Positions 9,011 to 18,936 are shown, counted from the stretch's first letter. The stretch: 64,000 bases of DNA from Candidatus Doudnabacteria bacterium (GCA_963788395.1 CAWBGV010000020.1:5195-69194); one strand, 5' to 3'. A program made the numbers and translations. The notes: a model not told the origin generated them from the sequence alone.

Positions 9011-10108
9011 ATGAAGGTCCTTCTGGTTGGTGGTGGCAGCGGCGGTCCGGTTTCACCGCTCTTGGCTGTAGCTGACGAAATTAAACAACAGCATCCCGGC
9101 GCCCGGTTTTTATTGGTCGGCACCCGCCTCGGTTCCGAAAAAAGTATGGCCGAGGCGGCCCAGATTCCGTTCCAAGCTATCAGCGCCGGTAAATGGCGGC
9201 GGTATTTTAGTTTAAAAAATTTAGCGACGCCCATACAAGTGCTGCTGGGTTTTTTCCAATCTGTAAGTGTGCTCGGGCGGTTTCGGCCGGATGCGGTTTT
9301 TGGAACGGGCAGTTTTGTTCAAGTTGGCGTGGTCTGGGCGGCCTGGTTAAAAGGTATTCCCGTGATTTTACACCAGCAAGATGTTTACCCCAGTTTAGCA
9401 AACCGAATTTGCCAAATGTGCGCCAAAAGGATCACGGTGACCTTCCCGCCATCACTTAAAGATTTTAACAGCGGTTCGGGCTTGTTTTTTAAAAAACCGG
9501 AAGATAAGATTATTTTGACCGGCAACCCGTTCCGGCATAATTTACGGGCGGCGACGCGCGCTCAGGGGCAGCAGGAATTCCAATTGGAAGCGGATTTTCC
9601 GACTTTATTTGTCATGGGCGGAGGCACTGGCTCTGAGTTTTTAAACACCCTTGTGGCTGAGGCGCTGCCGGAATTAGTCAAAACCGTTCAGATTATTCAG
9701 GCCACGGGCAATCGAAAAAAAATCTTAGATGAAAGCAAACGGTACCACCCGTACGAGTTTATTGCCAACCCAGGCGCCGCTTACGCGGCAGCGGACCTGG
9801 TTTTGGCCCGCGCCGGGCTTTCAACCATTACTGAATTGTCTCATTTAGGAAAAATTGCTATAATTGTGCCCATGCCCAGGAGTCATCAAATTATAAATGC
9901 TTCCCTGTTGCAGCAACGCCAGGCGGCCGTGGTTTGTTTGCAAGCGGAACTCAGTCCGGCCGCGCTGGTTCGTCTAATTAAGAAAATTTTATTTGACGGG
10001 AATTTGCAGCAAACCCTGACCAAAAACATATCGACCCTCATGCCAGCTCACGCCGGACGGACTATTGCCGATATTATTATTAAACAAGCCCTTGCTTATG
10101 CTGAGTAA
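9011..10108 (+). CDS. murG: lipid II-forming UDP-GlcNAc transferase MurG
   Basis: MKVLLVGGGSGGPVSPLLAVADEI N-terminus, 365 aa, typical GT28 layout. Confidence 0.9.
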   Translation: MKVLLVGGGSGGPVSPLLAVADEIKQQHPGARFLLVGTRLGSEKSMAEAAQIPFQAISAGKWRRYFSLKNLATPIQVLLGFFQSVSVLGRFRPDAVFGTGSFVQVGVVWAAWLKGIPVILHQQDVYPSLANRICQMCAKRITVTFPPSLKDFNSGSGLFFKKPEDKIILTGNPFRHNLRAATRAQGQQEFQLEADFPTLFVMGGGTGSEFLNTLVAEALPELVKTVQIIQATGNRKKILDESKRYHPYEFIANPGAAYAAADLVLARAGLSTITELSHLGKIAIIVPMPRSHQIINASLLQQRQAAVVCLQAELSPAALVRLIKKILFDGNLQQTLTKNISTLMPAHAGRTIADIIIKQALAYAE

Positions 10109-11036
10109 CCGCCCTACATTGGGATTAGCACTTTCGGGCTCCGGTAACCGGACCAGTTTTTACATTGGATTTTTAGAAGAACTTCAATCCCAAAACATTA
10201 CCGTCGATTACATTGCCGCCAGCTCCGGCGCAGCTCTGGTGGCAGCCGCCTACGCCTGCGGGACTTTGCCGGCATTTAAAGAGACTTTTGCCGGGCTTAA
10301 CCAGGAAACGCTTAAGGCTTTCATCGTCCGCGGCAGCGGCAAAGGGGGAATGTACAGTTTGGATGCCGTGGAAGAGGAGCTGCGCAAATTTACCAAGGAC
10401 TTGCGATTTGAAGACGTCCGTCCGCTCATGGGTTTCATTACGGTAGATATTGAAAATGGCGAACAGGTAGTTTTAAGCATGGGAGATATTGCCCGGGCGG
10501 CGCGCGCTTCCTGCACGCTCCCTGGAATTTTTGAACCGGTAAAGTGGGGGAGTCGAACTTTGGTAGACGGCGGCATTTCCAGCCTGATCCCGCTGGACGT
10601 ACTGCAGCAGGCGGGGATGGATATCTCCATAGGGATTAACATGCGGGGCACAAAACATATTTTTGCCAGCCGTTATTTAACTTTGCGCAGTGTCCTGAAC
10701 AAGTTTAAAAAATTAATATTTTTAGATGAACTGGAAGCGGTGGTTGATAATTTATGGAAAGAAGAAGAAATTGATTTGGAAAAAACGCCGGATATTTTTA
10801 CGGTCTTAGGAAAAAGTCTGGATTGGGCCTTAAAAGCCAGTAAAAGGGACGGTGAAGCCTTAAAACCCTGCGACCTGCTGATTACTCCCAATATTCCGCT
10901 TCATGACCGTAAAGAAATGATGGCTTTCCATCCCTACTATGAATACGGCAAGCAAACTGCCCAAGAATACGTTCCCAAAATTAAACAACTAATCGAAGAA
11001 AAAACCAAAACCCCTTCAATCGTCAAAAGCGAATAA
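10098..11036 (+). CDS. patatin-like phospholipase
   Basis: SGSGNR oxyanion region, GxSxG-type ASSGA and a DGG catalytic Asp motif (LVDGGISS). ATG 10098 overlaps the murG stop by 11 nt. Confidence 0.8.
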   Translation: MLSNRPTLGLALSGSGNRTSFYIGFLEELQSQNITVDYIAASSGAALVAAAYACGTLPAFKETFAGLNQETLKAFIVRGSGKGGMYSLDAVEEELRKFTKDLRFEDVRPLMGFITVDIENGEQVVLSMGDIARAARASCTLPGIFEPVKWGSRTLVDGGISSLIPLDVLQQAGMDISIGINMRGTKHIFASRYLTLRSVLNKFKKLIFLDELEAVVDNLWKEEEIDLEKTPDIFTVLGKSLDWALKASKRDGEALKPCDLLITPNIPLHDRKEMMAFHPYYEYGKQTAQEYVPKIKQLIEEKTKTPSIVKSE

Positions 11037-11050
11037 CAACCAACGACCCC

Positions 11051-12509
11051 ATGATCAACATCGACAGCATAAATAAACTCTATTTCGTCGGCATTGGCGG
11101 CATTGGCATGTCGGCCGCGGCTGGTTTAGCTAAAGCCAAAGGTTTTGAGGTCTCCGGCAGCGACAGCCGGGAGCTGTATTCACCAGCCAAAGATGTTTTA
11201 GACCGCGAACATATTTCGTACCATATCGGCTATGACGCCGGGCAGATTGAATCGGCCGGAGCTGATTTGTACATTTTGTCTTCCGGCGAAGGTTTGGATA
11301 ATCTCGAGGTTAAAGCAATTGTAGATAAAAAATTGCCGCACGTTTCGTTCGCCCAGTTATTGTACGAACTCAATACCGACCGGTTGCGCATTGTAGTGGC
11401 CGGCACCAATGGGAAATCTACCACCACCGGCTTAATTGGCCACTTGCTAAAAAATTTGGATGACAGTTCGTTTATTGCCGGCGCAGTGCTGCAAAATTAC
11501 GGCAATAACTTTCATTATGGCGACGGTCATTATATAGTTTTTGAAGGCGATGAATATAAATCGGAATTCGATGACCCCACGCCAAAGTTCCATTATTACA
11601 AACCGGATATTTTAGTTTTGACTAACTTAGAGTTCGACCATCCGGATATGTTTGCCAGCTTGGATGAGATAAAACAAGAATTTGCGGAATTAATTGGGGA
11701 TTTGCCGGAAGATGGCTTAATCGTCTATAACGCCGACGATGCTCATTTGCCCAAATTAGTTCACGAAAGTAATGTCAGCAGTTTGAGTTTTGGTATCGAG
11801 AACGAAGCTGACTTTCAAGCCGAACATATTGACTATGGCCAGGATTATACCACCCTAGAAGTGCGAAATAAGTTCTCTAAGCAAGTCTCGGCCCAGCTGC
11901 TCGGCCAAACCGAGCAGTATAAAACGCAGTTGCCGGGTAAAATCAATGTCTATAATATTTTAGCGGGGATTGCCTTACTGCGGTCGCTGGGTTTTCAGCA
12001 GGAACAGCTGGCTTTGGATGTCCTGAGCTTTACCGGGATGAAGCGGCGGTTCGAAGTAGTTGGCAAGCCCAAGGGAATAACCATTATAGATGATTACGCC
12101 CATCATCCCACCGCAGTAAGAGAGACTTTGGAAGCGGCTCGGCTGAGGTATTTTAAGACTCAGCAGGATAAATCGGTAACTAGCCCAAAGCTTTGGGCTG
12201 TGTTCGAGCCGCACACATTTAGCCGGACCCGGGCCACGCTGGAGGAGCTTGCCACGAGCTTTGGCGCGGCGGACGAAGTGCTTATTGGCGCCTATCTATC
12301 CGGCGCGCGAAAAAATAAAAGATGCTACTATAACTTCGGAAGAAGTAATTAAAGCCCTGCAGCAGCAAAAACCGGGCGCCCGCTTAGTTAAGGACAAACA
12401 GCAAGCTTTAGCTATTTTACAAGCCGAGGCAAAGCCCGGCGACGTGGTGATTATTATGGCTGTTGGCAGTTTTAATCGCTTGGCATACGAATTAAAAGAA
12501 GCGCTTTAG
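11051..12509 (+). CDS. murC: Mur ligase, MurC/Mpl-type (UDP-MurNAc L-alanine ligase family), one frameshift near 12290
   Basis: VGIGGIGMSAAAGL, GTNGKSTT P-loop and EGDEYKSEFDD..LEFDHPDMF. The C-terminus continues in the 12249..12509 frame (PIYPAREK...). The shift sits at GGCGCC. Confidence 0.85.
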
Positions 12510-12526
12510 CCACAGGTATAAGCTTT

Positions 12527-13597
12527 ATGCAAATTCAAGAAAATATTTCTCTTGCTCCTCATACCACGTTTTATATTGGCGGCCCAGCCAAATATTTTTG
12601 CCAGTGCGAAACTACGGCTGAACTGACGGAAGCGCTCGAGTATGCAAAAAAAAATAAACTGAAAGTTTTTGTATTGGGCGGAGGCAGTAATATTTTGATC
12701 AGTGACACGGGATTTGACGGCTTGGTAATTCAGCCGCGGATAATGGGTTTGGACGTTGTGAGCGAAGACGAAACTTCGGTCACCTTAAAATTGGCCGCGG
12801 GCGAAGATTGGGACAAGGCCGTTGCCTGGACGGTCGAAAAAGGCTGGTGGGGGATAGAAAATCTGTCGCACATCCCCGGCAGTTGTGGCGGCCTGGCGGT
12901 TCAGAACGTGGGCGCCTATGGGCAAGAGGCCAGCCAAGTGGTTCAACAGGTCGAAATCGTTGGCGTATTGGACGGTCAAATCAAAAAAATCAGTTCCAAC
13001 GAATGCCAATTTGGGTATCGGAAAAGTATTTTTAATACTAGTGAAAAAAATAAGTATATCATCACCGCCGCGATCATTAAGCTATCCAAAAAGGCCAGTC
13101 CTAATTTAAGTTACGGCGATGTCAAAAAATATATGGCCGAAGGCGGCATTATGGCGCCAACGCAGGCCCAAATTCGTCAAACGATTACGATCATTCGGGA
13201 TACTAAATTTCCCTATCCTAAAAGCGCAATCAACGGCAGCGCGGGTTCTTTTTTTCGCGGGCCGATTATTTCGCAAGAGCAGTTAAAATATATTGAATCG
13301 ATTGTAACCGCTGACTTTGGACCGGAGGCGGCTAGTCGCTTGGAAACTATTACCGACCGTTTAAGGGTTTCCCAAGGGTATAAAACACCAACTGCTTTTT
13401 TACTGGATTTAGCTGGTTTAAAAGGTTTAAAAGTCGGCGGCGCACAGGTTAACCCACCTCAGCCAGCGATTGTTTTAAACGCCACGGGTACGGCTACGGC
13501 CGCAGATGTGATGCACTTGGCGGAACTGGTTATTAACACAATTCATGAGAGGTTTGGAGTAGAGCTCGAGATTGAACCTGAATTAGTCGGTTTCTAG
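12527..13597 (+). CDS. murB: UDP-N-acetylenolpyruvoylglucosamine reductase MurB
   Basis: HTTFYIGGPAKYF ... VLGGGSNILISD FAD-binding motifs. Confidence 0.9.
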   Translation: MQIQENISLAPHTTFYIGGPAKYFCQCETTAELTEALEYAKKNKLKVFVLGGGSNILISDTGFDGLVIQPRIMGLDVVSEDETSVTLKLAAGEDWDKAVAWTVEKGWWGIENLSHIPGSCGGLAVQNVGAYGQEASQVVQQVEIVGVLDGQIKKISSNECQFGYRKSIFNTSEKNKYIITAAIIKLSKKASPNLSYGDVKKYMAEGGIMAPTQAQIRQTITIIRDTKFPYPKSAINGSAGSFFRGPIISQEQLKYIESIVTADFGPEAASRLETITDRLRVSQGYKTPTAFLLDLAGLKGLKVGGAQVNPPQPAIVLNATGTATAADVMHLAELVINTIHERFGVELEIEPELVGF

Positions 13598-13689
13598 ATA
13601 TAAAAAAGCGGAAGCCGAAGCTTCCGCGGGAGAAAAAATGGGTACAGAACGCGTTGATGCGCGCGCCGGATGAGAAGGAAATGAAGGAA

Positions 13690-13714
13690 GAAGGGGGTGG
13701 CCCCTTCATTTTCT
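13690..13714. terminator. hairpin terminator shared by murB (+) and the small minus-strand gene
   Basis: GAAGGGG-GTGG-CCCCTTC stem with T-rich tracts on both sides. Confidence 0.5.
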
Positions 13715-13726
13715 GTACCCAAAAGT

Positions 13727-13891
13727 CTAGACGCCAAAACCATAGCCGGGAGGGGGATCCGTTTCGCTGTCAGTGGGGCTGTCATCAAATGCATTGTTCA
13801 CGGGTGTTTGACCGATGTTGGAAGGGCTGTAATCCTGCTTGGTTGATTTCCAATCATGGTTAAAATCTGTCTCGGTTGACCTTGGTGACAT
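13727..13891 (-). CDS. small acidic protein (54 aa), unknown function
   Basis: Strong RBS (AAGAGGAAACAGC-ATG), hairpin terminator 20 nt after the stop, bounded upstream by another terminator. Sequence: MSPRSTETDFNHDW...PPPGYGFGV. Confidence 0.45.
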   Translation of the reverse strand: MSPRSTETDFNHDWKSTKQDYSPSNIGQTPVNNAFDDSPTDSETDPPPGYGFGV

Positions 13892-13976
13892 GCTGTTTCC
13901 TCTTTCTATTTTATTCGTTCGGTTGTTGGTGAGATGTGTCAGCCGCGCTGCCACAGCTCAGTTGGAATCGAACTGA

Positions 13977-14005
13977 AAACCCCCAAGGTTAAGCCTTGGG
14001 GGTTT
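13977..14005. terminator. bidirectional rho-independent terminator
   Basis: CCCCCAAGG-loop-CCTTGGGGG stem flanked by an A-run and a T-run. Confidence 0.7.
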
Positions 14006-14017
14006 GGAATTCTATGC

Positions 14018-14122
14018 TTACTTTCTGATTTTAACCGGTGCATATGAAAACCTGGCCCAAGGCAGAGTGCCGAGGAGGAGAATTAGGCCTAAAATAATAT
14101 TTGTCAAAGCTAATGTTTTCAT
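14018..14122 (-). CDS. small hydrophobic peptide (34 aa, MKTLALTNIILGLILLLGTLPWARFSYAPVKIRK)
   Basis: ATG 14122 is followed 12 nt after the stop by the strong terminator at 13977-14005. It lies downstream of the promoter-like core carried by repeat 14170-14318. No SD. Confidence 0.4.
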   Translation of the reverse strand: MKTLALTNIILGLILLLGTLPWARFSYAPVKIRK

Positions 14123-14169
14123 AACTAATTTAAGTTTAGAGCGCCAAAAAAAACTTGTCAAGGACAGCA

Positions 14170-14318
14170 CCCTCGACAGTTCCGGTTGGCCGCAAAGGCA
14201 GCGCACTTTTTTTGCTGCGGAACTCGCCGCTATATTAACTTAAAATAAAGTTGGCTCAAACAGTCCTCGCTGCAAAAATTGCACTGCCTTTGCGAGTAAC
14301 AACCGGAACTGTCGAGGG
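14170..14318. repeat. long palindromic repeat element (copy A)
   Basis: 19-nt perfect terminal inverted repeat CCCTCGACAGTTCCGGTTG / CAACCGGAACTGTCGAGGG plus inner arms GCAAAGGCAGCGCAC / TGCACTGCCTTTGC. The ~57-nt core (14206-14264) is ~90 % identical, in reverse complement, to 34586-34645. Confidence 0.65.
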
Positions 14319-14395
14319 CATGAGGCCCCCCTCAACCATCCACATGCCAAACCTGCTATAATATAAGCAGAATAGGAAACATTAAAGACATACCA

Positions 14396-14725
14396 ATGAA
14401 TTTAACATTTAAGGCCACAAATACCACGCTAACCCCAGCAATCCAAAACTTTATTGAAGAAAAGCTTAAACATCTCGAGAAATTCCTAAAAGAAGAAGAT
14501 AAAGTCCGGGTAGAGTTGGAAGTGGATAAACGGGACTCCCAGGGCTTGCACTATCGCGCCGAAATCGATATCCAGCCCCATGGATATTACGCAGACGCAA
14601 AAGCTAACGATTTTTACGAGGCCATGAACCTGCTGGTTCCAAAAATCAAGGAACAGCTAACCAAGACCAAGTCAAAAAATATAGACAAACGCCGCCGCGC
14701 AGCCCGCAAAGCCAAACGCAGTTAG
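14396..14725 (+). CDS. hpf: ribosome hibernation/ribosome-associated inhibitor (HPF/RaiA, short form)
   Basis: 109 aa with the S30AE-type pattern (TLTPAIQNFIEEKLKHLEKF ... YEAMNLLVPKIKEQL) and a basic tail. Confidence 0.8.
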   Translation: MNLTFKATNTTLTPAIQNFIEEKLKHLEKFLKEEDKVRVELEVDKRDSQGLHYRAEIDIQPHGYYADAKANDFYEAMNLLVPKIKEQLTKTKSKNIDKRRRAARKAKRS

Positions 14726-14741
14726 CGCTAAAAAATCTTTC

Positions 14742-14768
14742 AAGACAGCCTTATTTGGCTGTCTTTTT
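14742..14768 (+). terminator. rho-independent terminator
   Basis: AAGACAGCC-TTATTT-GGCTGTCTT followed by TTT. Confidence 0.7.
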
Positions 14769-14850
14769 GGTCTGGGAACCCTCTTTCTTCCTCTGTCAAA
14801 TTCTGGTATAATGAGAACTGCGCAGTTGTTAACTCATTTTTCTTTTATTT

Positions 14851-17615
14851 ATGTCATTTTTTTCACGAATGTTCGGAGGCCAGCGCTCGCCTGGAAAGCT
14901 ACCGCGGCCAATTAGAAGAAGTTAATGCCCATAAAGACGAAGTTGCCGGGCTGACCGAACAGCAAATTAAAGACGAAATTTTTCATTTTAAATCAGAAAT
15001 TTCCAAATTCGAGAGCTTTGATGAAATTTACGCCGAGCTGAAAGAAATTCGGCCCCGCGTTTTTGCCTTGATCCGCGAAGCTGCCAAGCGTTCGATTGGC
15101 CAGTTTCATTACGATGTTCAGGTTGTTGGTGGCTTGGCTTTAACCGAAGGCAAAATTGCCGAAATGAAAACCGGTGAAGGTAAAACTTTAACCGCGACTT
15201 TGCCGTTGGTTTTATACGCCCTGGCCGGCAAAGGCGCGCATTTGGTTACCGTCAATGACTACTTAGCCCGCTGGCAAGCCAGCCTGATGGGTCGATTTTT
15301 AAATACTTAGGCTTGTCTGTTGCTTCTATTCAGCACGAGCAATCGTTTTTGTTCGATCCGGATTATAAACCAGAGGAAGAGGAATTAAAAAAATTAGAGG
15401 GCGAGACCCAAGGGCTAGTTATGGACGTAAAACACATGCGTCCGATTCGCCGCCGCGAAGCTTATGCGGCCGATATCACTTACGGCACGAACAACGAATT
15501 TGGTTTTGATTTTTTGCGCGATAACATGGTCCAGTCTTATGATCAAATGGTTCAACGCGAGTTATTCTACGTAATTGTCGATGAAGTCGACTCCATTTTG
15601 ATTGATGAGGCGCGGACGCCTTTGATTATTTCCGCGCCCGACACCGACCCGACCGATAAATATTACGAATTCGCCAAGTTAGTCAATAAGTTGGAAGAAG
15701 AAACAGATTACACGGTGGATGAAAAGCATAAAGCAGCGAGTTTGACCGATGAAGGCATCAACAAAATTGAAAAACTGCTGAATGTCCCGAATATTTACGA
15801 TACCAGCAAAGGGGTGACGACCATTCACCATATCGAGCAGGCCTTGCGGGCCCGCGGCCTGTTTAAGATTGACCGGGATTATGTTGTCCGCGACGGCGAA
15901 ATTATTATTGTCGACGAGTTTACCGGCCGGCTAATGTTTGGCCGCCGTTATAGCGAAGGGCTGCACCAGGCGATTGAAGCCAAAGAAAACGTTAAGATTC
16001 AGCAGGAGAGCAAAACCTTGGCTACAATCACTTTTCAAAACTTATTCCGTCTCTATACTAAACTGGCCGGCATGACCGGTACGGCTAAAACTGAGGAAGA
16101 AGAATTTTTTAAGATTTATCGCTTAACCGTAGAGCAAATTCCGACCCACAAGCCGATGGTCAGAGCAGATTTGCAGGATGTAATCTATAAAACTGAAACA
16201 GCTAAATTTACGGCCATTACTCAGGAAGTGAAAACTCGGCACAAAAAAGGCCAGCCGATTTTAATCGGTACGGTCAGTATTGCCAAGAATGAGATGCTAG
16301 CCGAATTTTTAAAAAAGGAAGGCTTACAGTTTGAGCTGCTTAATGCCAAGAACCACGAACGCGAAGCGCAGATTATTTCTCAAGCCGGCCGGCCGGGGCA
16401 AATTACTTTAGCCGCGAACATTGCCGGACGAGGGGTGGACATTCTATTGGGAGGCAATCCTATAGATGAAGAAGAAGCCAGAATAGTCCGCGAGGCCGGC
16501 GGGCTGCATATTTTAGGTACGGAACGGCACGAGTCGCGCCGGATTGATAACCAATTACGCGGCCGCGCTGGGCGCCAGGGCGACCCGGGTTCTTCGCAAT
16601 TTTTTGTGTCCATGGAAGACGATCTGATGCGGTTATTTGGCGGCGAGCGGATGAAAAATTTAATGAATACGCTGGGTTTGCCGGATGATCAACCCATAGA
16701 AGCTAAAATGGTTTCGCGCTCCTTGGAACAAGCTCAAAAAAAGATTGAAGGCTTAAACTTTGACACCCGTAAACACGTACTGGAGTTCGACGATGTTTTA
16801 AATCACCAGCGCAATGTTATCTACAAGCGCCGCCGCCGCTATTTGGCCGGCACTCCGGAAAGTAAAGACGTCGACATGAAGCAAGAAATTCTAGAAATGG
16901 TTAAGGAAGAAATTTCCGATGTCGTCACCATGAACTTGAACGCCATAGACGAAGACGGTAATAAAAAAGAAGATTGGGATAATTTATTTAAATCCATCGG
17001 CATAATTATTCCCGTTGATCCCGCGCTGATCCAGAACATTAAAGATGAAAGCGCTAACGCCGCCGACCGGGAATTTGCGGTTATTGACGGACTATACCGC
17101 CGGGCGGTAGAATATTGGGAACAGAAAGATAAGGAACTTGGTACCGAGGTCTTTACCGGCGCGCAGCGGTTTGTGGCGCTTTCGGCCGTGGACCAGCTCT
17201 GGATGGAACACTTAGAGTACTCATGGACCACTTGCGCGACAGCGTACGGCTGCGGGGTTACGGCCAACGCGATCCGTTAGTTGAGTACAAGCGCGAAGGC
17301 TACGAAATGTTCCAGGCGCTGTTGCGCGAGATGAACCGCCAGATTGTTAATCTTATCTTCCATGTGAATGTTCAAATCAACATGCAGCCTCAGCCGGCCC
17401 AGACGCTGAACATGATGACAAATAAGTCGGACGGGGGAGGGGGTCAGCAGATTAGTTCGTCAGCGGATCAGCAACCGGCGGGTATTGGCCGCAATGATCC
17501 TTGTCCCTGCGGCAGCGGTAAAAAATATAAAAAGTGCGGCTTGCTGAACACTCCTGAACACCAAGCTAATCTGGCCAAAGGCGGCGCTCGCCACGAAGCC
17601 AAAGTCGGTGGATAA
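14851..17615 (+). CDS. secA: preprotein translocase ATPase SecA, three frameshifts (~14878, ~15300, ~17225)
   Basis: The family sequence is continuous only across frames: [10 protein letters not shown] | [10 protein letters not shown]...[14 protein letters not shown]...LMG | [10 protein letters not shown]...[18 protein letters not shown]... | [23 protein letters not shown]...[13 protein letters not shown] zinc-finger tail. The break at 15295 sits in a T-run. Confidence 0.9.
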
Positions 17616-17656
17616 TCACAATAAATTTATAACTTATAACTTTTAATCTAAATCAC

Positions 17657-17983
17657 ATGCCAACAGATTTTAAGCAAAAAGAACCCTCAAAAACCGAAAA
17701 AATGCTTTACGAGTTAGCCATGAATATGAACGCCATGGAAAAAGGTTTATGGTCTACCTCGACCTTAGTTATTACCCTCGCCATGCTGACCAAAACCGAC
17801 CCTAAAGATGTGGCCGAGATGATGGTCAACGGCGATGCTAAGTTAAAAGAATTCAGCAAACAAGTCAACGACGCCATCAAAGCTTTGGAAGACGTCAAGC
17901 ACAAAGACCACGACCATTCGACGGAAGCCTCGCCAGAACCGGCGCCTGTCGATCCTTCGCCCACGGAACCTCATATTGAATAA
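17657..17983 (+). CDS. hypothetical protein (108 aa)
   Basis: Intact ORF followed by a clean terminator. No family recognised. Confidence 0.5.
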   Translation: MPTDFKQKEPSKTEKMLYELAMNMNAMEKGLWSTSTLVITLAMLTKTDPKDVAEMMVNGDAKLKEFSKQVNDAIKALEDVKHKDHDHSTEASPEPAPVDPSPTEPHIE

Positions 17984-17987
17984 CCAC

Positions 17988-18011
17988 AACCCCGGCTGAC
18001 GCCGGGGTTTT
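17988..18011 (+). terminator. rho-independent terminator
   Basis: AACCCCGGC-TGAC-GCCGGGGTT followed by TTT. Confidence 0.75.
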
Positions 18012-18041
18012 ATGTTATAATTAGCTCCTAGTACATATTTT

Positions 18042-18584
18042 ATGCTGATTAAGTTCGTCACAGGCAACAAACATAAGTTGAATGAAATAGCGGATTTTTT
18101 TGGGCCAATTGAGATTCAGCAAGTAAACATTGACTTGGTCGAGGTCCAATCCTTAAACGCGCGAGAAATTATCGGCCATAAATTAGCCGAAGCCAGAAAG
18201 CAAATATCCGGCGCCATTATAGTTGAGGACACATCGTTATACTTAGAATGCTTTGGTTACAAATTACCCGGCCCGTTTATTAAATGGTTTTTGGAAAGCA
18301 TTGGGCCGCAAGGGATAGCAAACATGGTTCAAAAGATGGGATTGTCAAAAGCCTACGCCGTGACCCTATTTGGATATTCCTCGAGTCAAGGAAAAATTGA
18401 TTTTTTTGAAGGCCGAGCTGAGGGTAAGATTGTAAACCCTATTGGCGATAAAGACTTTGGCTGGGGACCGATATTTTTGCCTGATGGCCAAACTAAAACC
18501 TATGGCCAAATGGAGCGCCAGGAAAAATACGCCCTGTCCATGCGCGCGATCGCGGCCAAAAAATTAAAAGAATTTTTATCATAA
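18042..18584 (+). CDS. non-canonical purine NTP pyrophosphatase (HAM1/ITPase-like)
   Basis: FVTGNKHKLNE N-terminus, EDTSL, FGWGPIF and YGQM..EKYALSMR motifs. Confidence 0.8.
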   Translation: MLIKFVTGNKHKLNEIADFFGPIEIQQVNIDLVEVQSLNAREIIGHKLAEARKQISGAIIVEDTSLYLECFGYKLPGPFIKWFLESIGPQGIANMVQKMGLSKAYAVTLFGYSSSQGKIDFFEGRAEGKIVNPIGDKDFGWGPIFLPDGQTKTYGQMERQEKYALSMRAIAAKKLKEFLS

Positions 18585-18665
18585 ACTACCCATAGCAAGC
18601 TGACGGGATATCAACTGCAAACCGTCATTCATTAATAATTTAACCCCCTACGTCTCTAGTTATAT

Positions 18666-18695
18666 AAAAAACTTCTTGTGTAGCAAGAAGTTTTT
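18666..18695. terminator. bidirectional terminator
   Basis: AACTTCTTG-TGTAG-CAAGAAGTT flanked by A5 and T5. Confidence 0.65.
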
Positions 18696-18718
18696 AGCTG
18701 GGCGTTCAATTCCAATAG

Positions 18719-18895
18719 TTAAAACCATGTCAAGATTCCGCCGACAGCGGTAATTATAGTACTGACGAGCCCTAAATAATGAGGTATTTTTTTGCCAGTA
18801 AAAATTTCTAAGTAGTATCCAAGTATCGCTATAATAACTCCCATGGTTCCAATCAACATGCAAAAATTGCCGATATTATAGAGCAGGTCATCCAT
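18719..18895 (-). CDS. small two-TM membrane protein (58 aa)
   Basis: AAGGAGG RBS 5 nt before ATG 18895, two hydrophobic helices, terminator downstream. Confidence 0.6.
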   Translation of the reverse strand: MDDLLYNIGNFCMLIGTMGVIIAILGYYLEIFTGKKIPHYLGLVSTIITAVGGILTWF

Positions 18896-18936
18896 GCAGG
18901 CCTCCTTATGCCTTATCATAACTCATAATTACAACT

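Noticed and set aside
12785-13109. Several 74-75-aa ORFs in alternative frames within murB, plus similar ones within secA, secD, the ATPase gene and others.
   Set aside because: They are nested inside genes with strong family signatures, with no independent signals.
13945-13976. tRNA-like strings: AGCTCAGTTGG (D-loop-like) on the plus strand and GTTCGATTCC (T-loop-like) on the minus strand.
   Set aside because: No acceptor stem, anticodon arm or complementary D/T stems can be drawn on either strand. At most it is a decayed fragment.
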